A DNA stretch of 64,000 nt from a virus (Duplodnaviria; Heunggongvirae; Uroviricota; Caudoviricetes). The translations under genes were made by a program, and so were the position numbers. The DNA is taken from positions 30,376 to 94,375 of IMG/VR virus record IMGVR_UViG_3300044613_002694. One strand, given 5' to 3'. Below, one piece after another: positions 8,778 to 18,786 of this stretch (position 1 is its first letter; every line of letters begins with the position of its first letter). The notes beneath the pieces were generated by a model, which saw only the letters and a program-made list of their open reading frames with translations, made no database searches and was not told the DNA's origin.

Positions 8778-9167
8778 ATGAACATTAAACAAGAAATCAA
8801 ACAAATTTACGAACGCCTTGCAGTTCTAGAAAAACAACTAGACGAAGAACAGTATGACTGGGATAATGCACCTGTCATTTACACATATAATGCAGTTGAA
8901 TACAGAATGGGTCCAAAAGCTGCAAAAGAAATGTCTTGGGAAGATGCAAAAGAATGGTGCAACTCAGTAGGCGGTGAATTGCCAGATATAGAGACAATGT
9001 TGGTTTGTCAAGTATTGAATATGCATAAAACTGGCGAATATTGGACTAACGTTTCAAGGGGCATTGACAACACGGCATGGATTCATAGATTTGAATGGAA
9101 CCAATCTTTTCCTATTGCAGTAGGTTGTCTCAGAAGTGTAATTGCTGTTAGACAGTACCGGTTGTAA
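8778..9167 (+). CDS. hypothetical protein
   Basis: Track ORF 129 aa. Confidence 0.45.
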   Translation: MNIKQEIKQIYERLAVLEKQLDEEQYDWDNAPVIYTYNAVEYRMGPKAAKEMSWEDAKEWCNSVGGELPDIETMLVCQVLNMHKTGEYWTNVSRGIDNTAWIHRFEWNQSFPIAVGCLRSVIAVRQYRL

Positions 9168-9260
9168 TATGTGTGATAACGAATTTGTCCCAGTAATTTT
9201 ATTCATTGTAATAATATATCTTATCTTTAAAAGATCAGCCAAAGATTGGAATAGATTAAA

Positions 9261-9485
9261 ATGACTGAACTTGTAATTGCCTACAAATCTAAACTTGATG
9301 ATAAGTTGTATGAATTATATACACAGCGCGGTTACCGTGGTGATTGCGGTTACCGTGGTGGTTGGTTTGGTTTTATTAGAAGTTTAGATCCAAAAATTAT
9401 AAGTGTATATAAACGTAATTGGGACACACATATTGCATTTGAAGGCGAAGAATATAGAAATTGGTTTATTTTGAGGTGGTCATGA
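9261..9485 (+). CDS. family A small paralog (...EEYRNWFILRWS)
   Basis: Track ORF; motif. Confidence 0.55.
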   Translation: MTELVIAYKSKLDDKLYELYTQRGYRGDCGYRGGWFGFIRSLDPKIISVYKRNWDTHIAFEGEEYRNWFILRWS

Positions 9486-9667
9486 AAAGAATAAAGTTTG
9501 ATACATATGATTTCCCAAAATTCATTGATGCAACGGATGATATTATTGGGTGGCATGAATCTTTTATTTCACAAGGGTATAAGACTTATAAAAATGATTA
9601 TAATAGTTATCCCAGACACAGTTTGAGTGAAGAAGAATATACTTGGTTTGTTTTGAGGTGGAGTTAA
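9461..9667 (+). CDS. family A small paralog (...EEEYTWFVLRWS)
   Basis: Track ORF; motif. Confidence 0.55.
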   Translation: MVYFEVVMKRIKFDTYDFPKFIDATDDIIGWHESFISQGYKTYKNDYNSYPRHSLSEEEYTWFVLRWS

Positions 9668-9954
9668 TGAAAGAATATTCTGTAAAATTTACTGCTTGGG
9701 AAGTTGTACAACCCGATGGTGGTGGCATAGGGGATGAACACCTTGCATACTTTTCATCTAGTTCCGAAGCTAACAAATTCAAAGCACAATACAAAGACCA
9801 TTGGCCTAGACGTGTTAGAAAAGTCGAGATTGACAAACGTTGGGTAGTATGCGATACTGTTGAAGAAATTAACCAAATGGAACTGCTTAATAAAAAAGCA
9901 GCAGCGTTGGCAAAATTAACTGAAGAAGAACGTAAACTATTGGGATTAGAATAA
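9643..9954 (+). CDS. hypothetical protein
   Basis: Track ORF 103 aa. Confidence 0.4.
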   Translation: MVCFEVELMKEYSVKFTAWEVVQPDGGGIGDEHLAYFSSSSEANKFKAQYKDHWPRRVRKVEIDKRWVVCDTVEEINQMELLNKKAAALAKLTEEERKLLGLE

Positions 9955-10178
9955 TGAGAGACGAAATTATTCCTATTTTTGCTATTTCAGCGATTATAGT
10001 AATTGTATGTGTTATGATGTATGACATGGCAGTTAAAGAGCCCAAGTACCAAGAATGGATAGTAAAATGTAGGGAAAATGGTGGTGTTCCATCAAAACAC
10101 CAATTTATGAATGGAAAGTATGTCAATACCGAATACCTATGTATTAAGCCAGAATCAATTATTGAGGTAAAAGAATGA
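9954..10178 (+). CDS. small membrane protein
   Basis: Track ORF; N-terminal hydrophobic helix. Confidence 0.4.
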   Translation: MRDEIIPIFAISAIIVIVCVMMYDMAVKEPKYQEWIVKCRENGGVPSKHQFMNGKYVNTEYLCIKPESIIEVKE

Positions 10179-10660
10179 AAATTTTAATTAGACCATTTAT
10201 TTGGTTTGCAGTATGGTTCCTGATCTTTGAAGAATGGTTATGGGATACCTTAAAATCATATGGTGCAGCACTAGCTAAAGCCCTGCACTTACAACGTGTA
10301 GAATGGTGGCTTGCCAATACTTCACCAACTGTAGCTTTGATCTCATTAGCTATTCCATCATTAATCATTACACCGTTTAACTTGTATGCATTGTTCATGA
10401 TTGCACATGGCATGGTTATTCAAGGCATTATCCTTGAGGTTGTGGCTAAACTAGTTGGTACATTATTGTTATCTAGGATCTTTGCATTAACCAAAACACA
10501 ACTATTGACATTTGGTTGGTTCAATTATTGCTATACTAAAATCATATTGACTTTAGACTGGGCACATGCTAAAATTAAAGCTACTAACACATACAAGGTA
10601 GCAGTTGAATTTAAGCAAACTGTTAAGCAACGAGTTAAACAACTATGGGCAACAATATGA
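10175..10660 (+). CDS. integral membrane protein
   Basis: Track ORF 161 aa; multiple hydrophobic segments. Confidence 0.45.
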   Translation: MKILIRPFIWFAVWFLIFEEWLWDTLKSYGAALAKALHLQRVEWWLANTSPTVALISLAIPSLIITPFNLYALFMIAHGMVIQGIILEVVAKLVGTLLLSRIFALTKTQLLTFGWFNYCYTKIILTLDWAHAKIKATNTYKVAVEFKQTVKQRVKQLWATI

Positions 10661-10896
10661 ACGAGAAAATTAAAGAACTTGCTGAACAGGCTAACATACC
10701 AAAGTATAACTTGGAATATGGTACCGAATTATGCATTGCACCTCATCTTGAAAAATTTGCCGAATCGATTATTAAAGAAACTATCAAAATTATTCAAGCA
10801 ACTGCTGCAGAATCGGTAGACTTGGATAGAACTTTAGTAGAAAATGTATCATGGACCGTAAATGATATCAAGAAAAATTTTGGAATAGAAAAATGA
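10645..10896 (+). CDS. family B small paralog (MNEKIKEL...NFGIEK)
   Basis: Shared N-terminus MNEKIKEL, central KFAExIIKE, C-terminal [HN]FG[IV][EK]; overlapping coupling. Confidence 0.55.
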   Translation: MGNNMNEKIKELAEQANIPKYNLEYGTELCIAPHLEKFAESIIKETIKIIQATAAESVDLDRTLVENVSWTVNDIKKNFGIEK

Positions 10897-11183
10897 ACGA
10901 AAAAATTAAAGAAATCATGTATAAAGTTGATGATATCAACATTTTAAATGAGGTTGGTACTGATGCTGATTTTTTAGCAGATATTGACCCACAGCGCCTA
11001 GAAAAATTTGCTGAGTTGATTATTAAGGAATGCATCGAACAGATAGAAACATGTTTTGCCGGTGGTTCAGTATCAATGGACGATAAACCAATATGGGGAC
11101 CTTCGGTTGATACTTTTAAAGCTTGGAATTGTGGCTTAAAATGCAGCAGAAAACATATCAGCGAAGTGTTTGGAGTAAAATAA
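10893..11183 (+). CDS. family B small paralog
   Basis: MNEKIKEIMYKV...KFAELIIKECIEQ...EVFGVK. Confidence 0.55.
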   Translation: MNEKIKEIMYKVDDINILNEVGTDADFLADIDPQRLEKFAELIIKECIEQIETCFAGGSVSMDDKPIWGPSVDTFKAWNCGLKCSRKHISEVFGVK

Positions 11184-11392
11184 TGAACGAACAACTAAAA
11201 CCCTTTATGGCTGGATTTTCGTTGTCTGGTGAAAGACAACGAAATGGAAAGATCAGACCGCACGTTTATCATGATAAAAATGTATTAGAAATCGATGAAT
11301 GGCCTAAAACTATCGAATTGTTCAACAATACATACGGACTTGAAAACGTAGTTTCGGGGGTTGATGGTTATGAGTGTGCCAATTATTGTTAG
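11183..11392 (+). CDS. hypothetical protein (MNEQLKPF...)
   Basis: Internal start at the taATGAacga junction, similar to the family B junctions. Confidence 0.35.
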   Translation: MNEQLKPFMAGFSLSGERQRNGKIRPHVYHDKNVLEIDEWPKTIELFNNTYGLENVVSGVDGYECANYC

Positions 11393-11402
11393 GAGTTGAA
11401 TA

Positions 11403-11819
11403 ATGAAAGAAATTGTTATAAATGGCCAATCTATTAGAAAGGTATTCTTTTATGATCATGAAGGGTGGCCAATTGAGTTAGAGTTTTCATCACTTGTTAT
11501 TGACGATAATAATTTAATTATAGACCCATACGATGATACAGATGATATAGTTGTTGTCGATGGCGATGAGTTTGTTGACACGATGTGTAATATCGTTGAT
11601 GGCTCTACATCAATTGCTCACGCATATGAATTAACCAGGGAATACTACGATAATGAATATGGTGGTGGAAATTGGGTATCGAGTATGCCATCAGAAGCCA
11701 TATTAGAATCTACTAATAAATGGGCATTAGAAGTGGCTGAAGACACCAAAAGTTTTAAAGGACGCAAAAGGTTTGTATATAAAGACGGTGAGATTTATGA
11801 TTTTTTTAATATAAATTGA
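11403..11819 (+). CDS. hypothetical acidic protein
   Basis: Track ORF 138 aa. Confidence 0.45.
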   Translation: MKEIVINGQSIRKVFFYDHEGWPIELEFSSLVIDDNNLIIDPYDDTDDIVVVDGDEFVDTMCNIVDGSTSIAHAYELTREYYDNEYGGGNWVSSMPSEAILESTNKWALEVAEDTKSFKGRKRFVYKDGEIYDFFNIN

Positions 11820-11873
11820 TTATCGAAAAGTTAACATTTAAGAAATTTTAAAACTACATTTTGGAGTTGAAGA

Positions 11874-12095
11874 ATGATTTTCCATAATAGTAATCCTAAT
11901 TCATTTGTTGTATTTGAAGCAAAACTACTGCGAAAGATTCCTGGTAGTGGAGTAAAAGTGGGTGGCACTATCTATGCATCATTGATGCCAGATAATTATT
12001 ACTACTTGAGTAAGAGTGGTACTGTTGGCAGTCGCATTCTAGGTAGAGTGTTTGAAACCGAAGCAGTCGAAAATGTTGATTTTGTGAGAGTATAA
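11874..12095 (+). CDS. hypothetical protein
   Basis: Track ORF. Confidence 0.4.
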   Translation: MIFHNSNPNSFVVFEAKLLRKIPGSGVKVGGTIYASLMPDNYYYLSKSGTVGSRILGRVFETEAVENVDFVRV

Positions 12096-12322
12096 TGAAC
12101 GAGAAAATTAAAGAATTATTTGAACAAGCTTATGGTGGGGAATGGCCAACTGACATTACAAACATTGCGCCATCAGAATTAGAACGATTTGCCAAGTTGA
12201 TTGTTAATGAATGTGTTCAAATTTGTAGAGATAATATTATGTGCGAGGAAACCGATCTCGATTATAATGATGCCGTAATCGATTGTGCTGTGATGATCGA
12301 ACGACATTTTGGAGTAAAATAA
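12095..12322 (+). CDS. family B small paralog
   Basis: MNEKIKELFEQAY...RFAKLIVNECVQ...RHFGVK. Confidence 0.55.
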   Translation: MNEKIKELFEQAYGGEWPTDITNIAPSELERFAKLIVNECVQICRDNIMCEETDLDYNDAVIDCAVMIERHFGVK

Positions 12323-12516
12323 TGAACGAGAAGATTAAAGAAATTTATAACAGAGCATTTACGGAATACTTCGGTGAAGAATATAAAGATTGCGAGTTAG
12401 ATATTCTCCCCGAGGATCAATATTTTGCAGAATTGCTTATTCGAGAATGTGCCAATTATGCGTTTTCAGATGATCAAGAACGTAATACGATGTTAAGTCA
12501 TTTTGGAGTAGAATAA
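12322..12516 (+). CDS. family B small paralog
   Basis: MNEKIKEIYNRAF...FAELLIRECAN...SHFGVE (internal start of track ORF 12283). Confidence 0.5.
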   Translation: MNEKIKEIYNRAFTEYFGEEYKDCELDILPEDQYFAELLIRECANYAFSDDQERNTMLSHFGVE

Positions 12517-12761
12517 TGCGTAATACCATAGAAGAACTACGAATACAAGCCGGTATTAACAAAACTATTGTACAAGATTTCCAAAATAGCAATACTGAAA
12601 TGATTACATATTCTGCGGATACACAAGCTCTTACTACCTTAATTAATTTGGTGGTAGAAAAAACTTTAGGTCATGTTGAATTTTTAGTTGATATTCAACC
12701 AGACTTTAGTATAATTAGAAAAGAAGTTGCACATGCTTTTGATTTTAATGGAGAAGAATAA
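12516..12761 (+). CDS. hypothetical protein
   Basis: Track ORF. Confidence 0.4.
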   Translation: MRNTIEELRIQAGINKTIVQDFQNSNTEMITYSADTQALTTLINLVVEKTLGHVEFLVDIQPDFSIIRKEVAHAFDFNGEE

Positions 12762-13069
12762 TGAATAATAAACTGGATATATTTTTAGGTATTTTAGGTA
12801 TTGGTATTTTGTTTGGTATGTGGTATATTACTAGTGATGGGTTTTCATATTCTCGATTATCTAATAAAAATATCGAAACTGCTCAATTGTTATATCAATC
12901 AAATGAATTTGACGAAGCATGTCTATATGCTAGAGTTGCAATAACAGAAGCAGCAGAATCTCATAATGTTGATCTTTTAAATACTATTAAATTGGAAAGA
13001 GACCGTATTTGTGGTAAAAAAGATGAACTAGATCAAGCAGCCAAACATAAGGTTGGAATAGAAAAATGA
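12761..13069 (+). CDS. hypothetical membrane-anchored protein
   Basis: N-terminal TM; ends GIEK. Confidence 0.4.
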   Translation: MNNKLDIFLGILGIGILFGMWYITSDGFSYSRLSNKNIETAQLLYQSNEFDEACLYARVAITEAAESHNVDLLNTIKLERDRICGKKDELDQAAKHKVGIEK

Positions 13070-13248
13070 ATAATAGAATTGAAGAATTGAAAAAACAAGC
13101 AATGTATACCGTGTATTCTCATGGTGCATTTGGTGAGCCAGAAAACTACGAACGATTGGATGTAAATAAATTTGCTGAGTTAATTATTAAAGAATGTTCT
13201 GTTATTACTAACAAAGCTGATCTTTTAAAACATTTTGGTATTGAATAA
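13066..13248 (+). CDS. family B small paralog
   Basis: MNNRIEELKKQA...KFAELIIKECSV...KHFGIE. Confidence 0.5.
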   Translation: MNNRIEELKKQAMYTVYSHGAFGEPENYERLDVNKFAELIIKECSVITNKADLLKHFGIE

Positions 13249-13249
13249 T

Positions 13250-13549
13250 ATGAACGAAAAGATTAAACAACTGTATAACCAAGCGATTAATGAAGCATCG
13301 GAAGAGATGCGAGAATGGCATACGCAATGGAATAACAAGCCACCATTGTTTGATTATGAGAAATGTTTATATGGCAAGTTCGGTGAATTGCTTATTAAAG
13401 AAGCAGAATCCAAGTATTTTAGTGAAGGCTATCTTGCCGGTAAAACTGATGGCATTAATGAAGGTATAAAAGATTGTATCAGCCATTTTGAAGAACATGG
13501 TGATATGGTTAGTGCAGGTAATCTACAATCGCATTTTGGTATTGAATAA
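13250..13549 (+). CDS. family B small paralog
   Basis: MNEKIKQLYNQA...QSHFGIE. Confidence 0.5.
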   Translation: MNEKIKQLYNQAINEASEEMREWHTQWNNKPPLFDYEKCLYGKFGELLIKEAESKYFSEGYLAGKTDGINEGIKDCISHFEEHGDMVSAGNLQSHFGIE

Positions 13550-13779
13550 TGAACTATAGTATTGCGAAAGACTTGAATATTATTGCGCGAGCAAATGCTG
13601 GTGCTATAATAGCCGACGCTCATAAAAATGGTCAATCGATTAATGTCGAAGCTGTTAAGATACATGAATTTGCCGAAATTATTATATTGGAATGTATCGA
13701 TGTAATTTTAAGTCATAGTGATCCGTTTGCTGAAAATTCATACATTAAAGTAATCAAAGAACATTTTGGTATCGAATAA
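13549..13779 (+). CDS. family B small paralog
   Basis: ...EFAEIIILECIDV...EHFGIE. Confidence 0.5.
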   Translation: MNYSIAKDLNIIARANAGAIIADAHKNGQSINVEAVKIHEFAEIIILECIDVILSHSDPFAENSYIKVIKEHFGIE

Positions 13780-14000
13780 TGAGCTTGATTACACCACACG
13801 AATATCATATAATGCAAGAGAAGAACAAACAGTTAGTTAATGTGATTGAGTATATTCAATTAATAGCAAAAAACGAACAAAAGAATTTAACGCATGATAT
13901 TGGTATCAGTCTTTACTATAAGAAAGCATTGCACCCATTATTGGTCGAACAAGCCGGATTACAAGCTAGGATCAAACGATATGAGGCAATAGGAAAATAA
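13779..14000 (+). CDS. hypothetical protein
   Basis: Track ORF. Confidence 0.4.
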   Translation: MSLITPHEYHIMQEKNKQLVNVIEYIQLIAKNEQKNLTHDIGISLYYKKALHPLLVEQAGLQARIKRYEAIGK

Positions 14001-14092
14001 CATGAACTCATCAAGAATAAGACACGCATTTCTATATCAGAATAAACGATTATTAGAACATTTCGGGTCTAATGCTATTTCAACATTGATAT

Positions 14093-14332
14093 ATGAAAAG
14101 CGTAAAGACTGGTGCTCATAACATGAACCAGTTTAAAAACTTATGGAATAAATTTAACAATTGGATAGATCCAAAAGTTGGAGTTCATATCTTTTGGATT
14201 GTTCCTGTATTTTGGACATTATTAGTGCTTGACTATTTCAAGGATAACCTTTATAATGCTTTTAAACGTGTTAAGAACTTGTTTCAAAAACGTGATATCA
14301 AAAACCTTAAAAAACTTTCAGGAATTAAATGA
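14093..14332 (+). CDS. small membrane protein
   Basis: Track ORF; one TM. Confidence 0.4.
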   Translation: MKSVKTGAHNMNQFKNLWNKFNNWIDPKVGVHIFWIVPVFWTLLVLDYFKDNLYNAFKRVKNLFQKRDIKNLKKLSGIK

Positions 14333-14523
14333 TGAACGATACCGTACAATATGAAATCACTGTTAAAATCCAAGTATCAATTGGTAAGGCTGAACATCAA
14401 GCCCAACACGATGAAGCTATGTTGATTGCTCAATACTATGCAGATATGGCTATTAAATATAAATCTATCGGAGCAGATAAGATACTTGAAGTTAAAGCGG
14501 AACCAATCTTGATCAATACTTGA
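14329..14523 (+). CDS. hypothetical protein
   Basis: Track ORF. Confidence 0.4.
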   Translation: MMNDTVQYEITVKIQVSIGKAEHQAQHDEAMLIAQYYADMAIKYKSIGADKILEVKAEPILINT

Positions 14524-14526
14524 AAA

Positions 14527-14853
14527 ATGAACGATTCAACTGAAAGTATACACAAAACAATGCTAGAATATTGCGAATCAAGTCGCAATGTATTTGCTAA
14601 AAGACTTACAGATGCCGAAACACTGGACTTTCAAGGCGGTGTAATGGCTGGACCAACAAAAATAAACGAGGCAACCATGATGGCTAAAAAAATTGACACA
14701 CATTTAGAAGAAAAACTTTTCAAACATCTCAATAAACTGAGAAAGAAAATCGATTGGATCGGTGATAAAGAACTTCGTCAAAAACTAGACGAACATGCTA
14801 CCGCAATTCATAACATTATTAAGGAAAATACTGAAAATGAAAATTCAAACTAA
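14527..14853 (+). CDS. hypothetical protein
   Basis: Track ORF. Confidence 0.4.
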   Translation: MNDSTESIHKTMLEYCESSRNVFAKRLTDAETLDFQGGVMAGPTKINEATMMAKKIDTHLEEKLFKHLNKLRKKIDWIGDKELRQKLDEHATAIHNIIKENTENENSN

Positions 14854-14870
14854 ATCTAACAGGGTTTGGC

Positions 14871-15251
14871 ATGGCATTAAGTGATTGCAACCATTGTTGG
14901 GAAACACCTTGTTCTTGTGGTTATGAATACAAATCATGGCCATTAGACAAAAAGTTGAAACTAGCAGCCGCTATTTTAGACGTAACACCAGATAAATTAA
15001 AGAATACAATATTACCGGCAGTTAAATCAGCTGATGGGGTTTCTGGATCATTATGTCGTGGAATTGGTGGCACCTATTTCTTTCGAGTATATCATGACCA
15101 TGAAAAGTTTACTGATTATGAATTACTCCATAGTGATTTAAATATCACAATCGAAGACTCGGATGCATTCTTCTATTCAACTAATGTTTCTGCAGTATTA
15201 GATCATTCACCAGAAACACTTCTTAACAACACACAGAGAGACATGACATGA
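14871..15251 (+). CDS. hypothetical protein (N-terminal CxxC..C.C)
   Basis: Track ORF. Confidence 0.4.
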   Translation: MALSDCNHCWETPCSCGYEYKSWPLDKKLKLAAAILDVTPDKLKNTILPAVKSADGVSGSLCRGIGGTYFFRVYHDHEKFTDYELLHSDLNITIEDSDAFFYSTNVSAVLDHSPETLLNNTQRDMT

Positions 15252-15538
15252 AAGACTATTCTAATTATTGCGGTACTGTTACTACTGAAACTATCGAAGA
15301 AGCTGTTGCTTATTGTAATCAAAAATTTCCCATGCAGGAAGTTCGGTTAGCTGATGACGAAGATTTTGGACAGATATTAGTACAGTCTGCTGAAAACCTT
15401 TCAGGCGTTACAATAACAGTATTTGATACAATGTTACATAAACAGGTAACCATTTGTGTGGATAGAGATTTGTATTACAAATTTTTAGCAAGATCAAAAG
15501 AAGTATTGAAAAAATCAAGAAAAAAGGAAATGGTGTAA
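15248..15538 (+). CDS. hypothetical protein
   Basis: Track ORF; preceded by an ACACAGAGAGACATGACATG leader. Confidence 0.4.
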   Translation: MKDYSNYCGTVTTETIEEAVAYCNQKFPMQEVRLADDEDFGQILVQSAENLSGVTITVFDTMLHKQVTICVDRDLYYKFLARSKEVLKKSRKKEMV

Positions 15539-15617
15539 TTATGTTTTGGCTTTCATTTTTATTTGCAACAATTATTGTAGCAACAGTTAGTTATCAAATT
15601 GAAAAAAGAGTAAAAAA

Positions 15618-16949
15618 ATGACATATATTCAAGAATTAATTGCCTATATCAATTCAATGACATCAGGTAACCAAATGGTTGCTGCTGCAATAAGTGCATG
15701 GATGTTGGCAGTTTTATCGTACATGCTTAAGAATATTCCTCGGACTATTATTAACTTTTTGTATAAGCAGGGTACAACCACATTAGAATTAGATAATGCT
15801 GGTGCTAATTTTCATTTATATTTTTCGTTCCTGGCATGGTCAGGTAAACATATGAATGAACATACCTCAAGAACAATGTTTGTACAGTCTCATAACTGGG
15901 ATGCCACATCATTAGCAATCGGTCCTAGTTACGGTAATCATTTTTTCTTTTTCAAAAAACGGTTATATTGGATGACCATGACTAAAATTGAAAATACAGG
16001 CGAAACGATTAGAAAACAAATCAAGATCACCACTTATGGACGTAGCCACAATGTATTTCATGCTTTGATTGATGAATTCAAACCAGTAAACAAAACAGCC
16101 GATACAATTTACATTCATAACTGGGATGGCAAAGGTTGGGAAAATCGTGTTGAACTTCACAAACGCCCATTATCATCAGTTGTACTGAATAAAACAGTTA
16201 AAAATAACGTAACCGCTGCAATAGAAAAATTTTATGCTGATAAACAATGGTATACTGAAAATGGTATCCCATATAAACTGGGTATCCTGTTACATGGTAA
16301 CCCAGGCTGTGGTAAAACTAGTCTGGTAAAAGCATTGGCTAGTCATTACAATAGATCTATCTACGTTATTAATATCAATGCAATGTCTGATAGAACACTT
16401 GAATCAGCTATTTCCAAATCAGAAAAAGGCTCATTTATTTTGATCGAAGATTTTGATTCATCGAAAGCAGTTACCAAAAGACAACGGGTTCAGGAATCTG
16501 TTGATAAAGCAAATGGTGAAGAAAAATCTGATCCAGGTAAACAAGTGATCATCGATAACCCAATGGGTGAGTATGAGATGTTAAGTTTGACTGGTGTATT
16601 AAATGCAATTGATGGTGTTTCTTCTTTACACGAAAATATTATCATCATGACTACCAATGATGTTGACAAAATCGATCCAGCTGTGTTAAGATCTGGTCGA
16701 TGTGATGTCAGATTGGAATTACCATACTTAACTGATCCTGAAATTCGTGAATACATCAGTATTAAGTTCCCAGATGCAAATTTAGATGATTACACATTTA
16801 AAAATATCGCGGGTTGTGATTTACAAGCAACATTGATAGAACACAAAGATAGCAGTGATGGATTTTTATCATCACTAGAGGTAAAAGGAATTGCGAAGAA
16901 AAAGTTTCATTTCATGGAAATTGAAACAAAAATTCTTGACGTAGCTTAA
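15618..16949 (+). CDS. BCS1-like membrane-anchored AAA+ ATPase
   Basis: N-terminal TM (AAISAWMLAVLSYML); Walker A GILLHGNPGCGKTS; Walker B ILIEDFD; TTNDVDKIDPAVLRSGRCD sensor/arginine-finger region as in BCS1. Confidence 0.7.
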   Translation: MTYIQELIAYINSMTSGNQMVAAAISAWMLAVLSYMLKNIPRTIINFLYKQGTTTLELDNAGANFHLYFSFLAWSGKHMNEHTSRTMFVQSHNWDATSLAIGPSYGNHFFFFKKRLYWMTMTKIENTGETIRKQIKITTYGRSHNVFHALIDEFKPVNKTADTIYIHNWDGKGWENRVELHKRPLSSVVLNKTVKNNVTAAIEKFYADKQWYTENGIPYKLGILLHGNPGCGKTSLVKALASHYNRSIYVININAMSDRTLESAISKSEKGSFILIEDFDSSKAVTKRQRVQESVDKANGEEKSDPGKQVIIDNPMGEYEMLSLTGVLNAIDGVSSLHENIIIMTTNDVDKIDPAVLRSGRCDVRLELPYLTDPEIREYISIKFPDANLDDYTFKNIAGCDLQATLIEHKDSSDGFLSSLEVKGIAKKKFHFMEIETKILDVA

Positions 16950-16963
16950 AAAGCTGATACAAT
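16936..16963 (+). promoter_or_regulatory. sigma70-like promoter (TTGACG-16-TACAAT)
   Basis: Read directly. Confidence 0.4.
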
Positions 16964-16995
16964 ATACATTTTACACAACAACATAAGAGAACTTT

Positions 16996-18063
16996 ATGAC
17001 TTATTATTTGAAATCTGGCAACACATACAAACCAAGTGCAGAAGCATCATTGGATCTTCACTACACACTGCCAGTTGGCAATTACATTATCAAAAAAGAT
17101 CCTTTCGAAAATCTGTATTTCGAAAAAATTGACAATTTCGAATTTTCTGGAAAACGCTATGGTGACAACCAGAAGAATACCGATCGGATTATCGATACCT
17201 TTATGGATCGTGAAGTTTCAACTGGCGTAATGTTGACTGGTGAAAAAGGTTCTGGTAAATCATTGTTAGCAAAATGCTTATCAATGAAAGCAGCAGAATT
17301 AAACATCCCAACTTTAATCATTAACGATCCATGGTGTGGTGACAAATTCAACCGTTTGATCCAAGAAATTCAACAACCTTGTATCGTGTTATTTGACGAG
17401 TTTGAAAAGGTATATGATCGTGATAGCCAGGAATCAATCCTGACATTACTCGACGGCGTGTTCCCAACCAAAAAATTGTTTGTATTAACTTGTAATGACA
17501 AATGGCGCGTTGACCAACATATGCGTAATCGTCCAGGTCGTATTTACTACATGTTGGACTTCAAAGGTTTGAGCATCGAGTTCATTGAAGAATATTGCAA
17601 TGATAACTTGAAAAACAAATCACATATCGATAACATTTGCAAAATTTCATCATTATTTGCACAGTTCAACTTCGATATGCTGAAAGCGCTGGTTGAAGAA
17701 ATGAATCGTTATGATGAATCACCACAAGAAGCATTGGCTATGTTGAATGCAAAACCTGAGTTCGACGAAGGTAACAAATTCAATGTTCAATTACAAATCA
17801 ATGGTGTTACTGTTGATCCAGATGATTACTACAACGGTGACAAATGGAACGGCAATCCATTACATGGCAGATTGCGAGTTGAATATCGTACATACGAAGA
17901 TGATCCAGAAGACGGTGATTGGGTATATGCGAATTTCACACAAACTGATTTGAAAAACGTGGATGCACTTAATGGCAAGTTCGTCTTCATGAATGAAAAA
18001 AATGAAATCATGACCTTGACCAAAGTGAAAGAAACACAATTCAACTTTCACGACGCATTTTAA
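16996..18063 (+). CDS. second AAA+ family ATPase
   Basis: Walker A GEKGSGKS; Walker B CIVLFDEFE; RNRPGR arginine-finger-like segment. Confidence 0.6.
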   Translation: MTYYLKSGNTYKPSAEASLDLHYTLPVGNYIIKKDPFENLYFEKIDNFEFSGKRYGDNQKNTDRIIDTFMDREVSTGVMLTGEKGSGKSLLAKCLSMKAAELNIPTLIINDPWCGDKFNRLIQEIQQPCIVLFDEFEKVYDRDSQESILTLLDGVFPTKKLFVLTCNDKWRVDQHMRNRPGRIYYMLDFKGLSIEFIEEYCNDNLKNKSHIDNICKISSLFAQFNFDMLKALVEEMNRYDESPQEALAMLNAKPEFDEGNKFNVQLQINGVTVDPDDYYNGDKWNGNPLHGRLRVEYRTYEDDPEDGDWVYANFTQTDLKNVDALNGKFVFMNEKNEIMTLTKVKETQFNFHDAF

Positions 18064-18072
18064 ATAACACAG

Positions 18073-18097
18073 TGGCGGGATTATCCCGCCACTTTTC
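18073..18097 (+). terminator. rho-independent terminator
   Basis: GTGGCGGGAttaTCCCGCCAC followed by TTTT. Confidence 0.6.
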
Positions 18098-18109
18098 ATT
18101 GAGAAGATT

Positions 18110-18727
18110 ATGAAACAATTATTAGTATTATCATTATTGCTGATGTCTTTTACCGCTACTGCAGCAGGTTTGGGTTCAAATGCTGCATCAAGTGCCGGAT
18201 TTGATAAATTGACAGAAGCACAGAAAGCCGATGTAATCAAAACCATCGCACAACAAGCTGAATCAAACAAACAAGCAGAATCAAACAAAAATGCGAGTTC
18301 TGAAAGTATTACTGCTAGTATCCCAGATCCAGAAGGTATCGAACGCTGGACTAAACTCGGCACTAGTATTGCATCTGGGTTAGGTGCAGCTGCTAAAGAA
18401 CTTAATGTTGGCGTGAATGAGTTTGCCAAATCACCAGTCGGTCAGTTAACCACTGTTATGATTATCTGGAAAATCATGGGTTCACAAATTGTTCATGTGA
18501 TTGGTGGATTTTTTGTGTGGGTTGTCGGGTTAAGTTCTATTAAAATAGCGGCTAATCGACTATCATCGGGTGACATCCAATACAGCAAAACCGAGAAAAA
18601 CATTTTTGGTAATTATGTGATTGTCAAACGTGAACAAAACCAATTAGATGGTGAGACAGTTGGTGGATTGTTATGTGCAGCAGGATTAGTAATTTTCTCG
18701 GGAATTGTTGTAATGTTTAGTGGTTAG
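18110..18727 (+). CDS. secreted/membrane protein (signal peptide plus C-terminal TM segments)
   Basis: MKQLLVLSLLLMSFTATAAG signal; QAESNKQAESNK repeat; C-terminal hydrophobic helices. Confidence 0.5.
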   Translation: MKQLLVLSLLLMSFTATAAGLGSNAASSAGFDKLTEAQKADVIKTIAQQAESNKQAESNKNASSESITASIPDPEGIERWTKLGTSIASGLGAAAKELNVGVNEFAKSPVGQLTTVMIIWKIMGSQIVHVIGGFFVWVVGLSSIKIAANRLSSGDIQYSKTEKNIFGNYVIVKREQNQLDGETVGGLLCAAGLVIFSGIVVMFSG

Positions 18728-18729
18728 TA

Positions 18730-18757
18730 TTGACAATCATACAACCTATGATATGAT
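18730..18757 (+). promoter_or_regulatory. sigma70-like promoter (TTGACA-16-TATGAT)
   Basis: Read directly. Confidence 0.4.
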
Positions 18758-18786
18758 ACATTTTTTAACATTTAGAGGAATGATTT

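Noticed and set aside
17860-18429. 189-aa minus-strand ORF and several other antisense ORFs (e.g. 17157-17351, 17829-18044) inside the AAA ATPase genes
   Set aside because: They are antisense to well-supported ATPase coding sequence with clear motifs. They have low-complexity composition and no RBS, so they are likely spurious.
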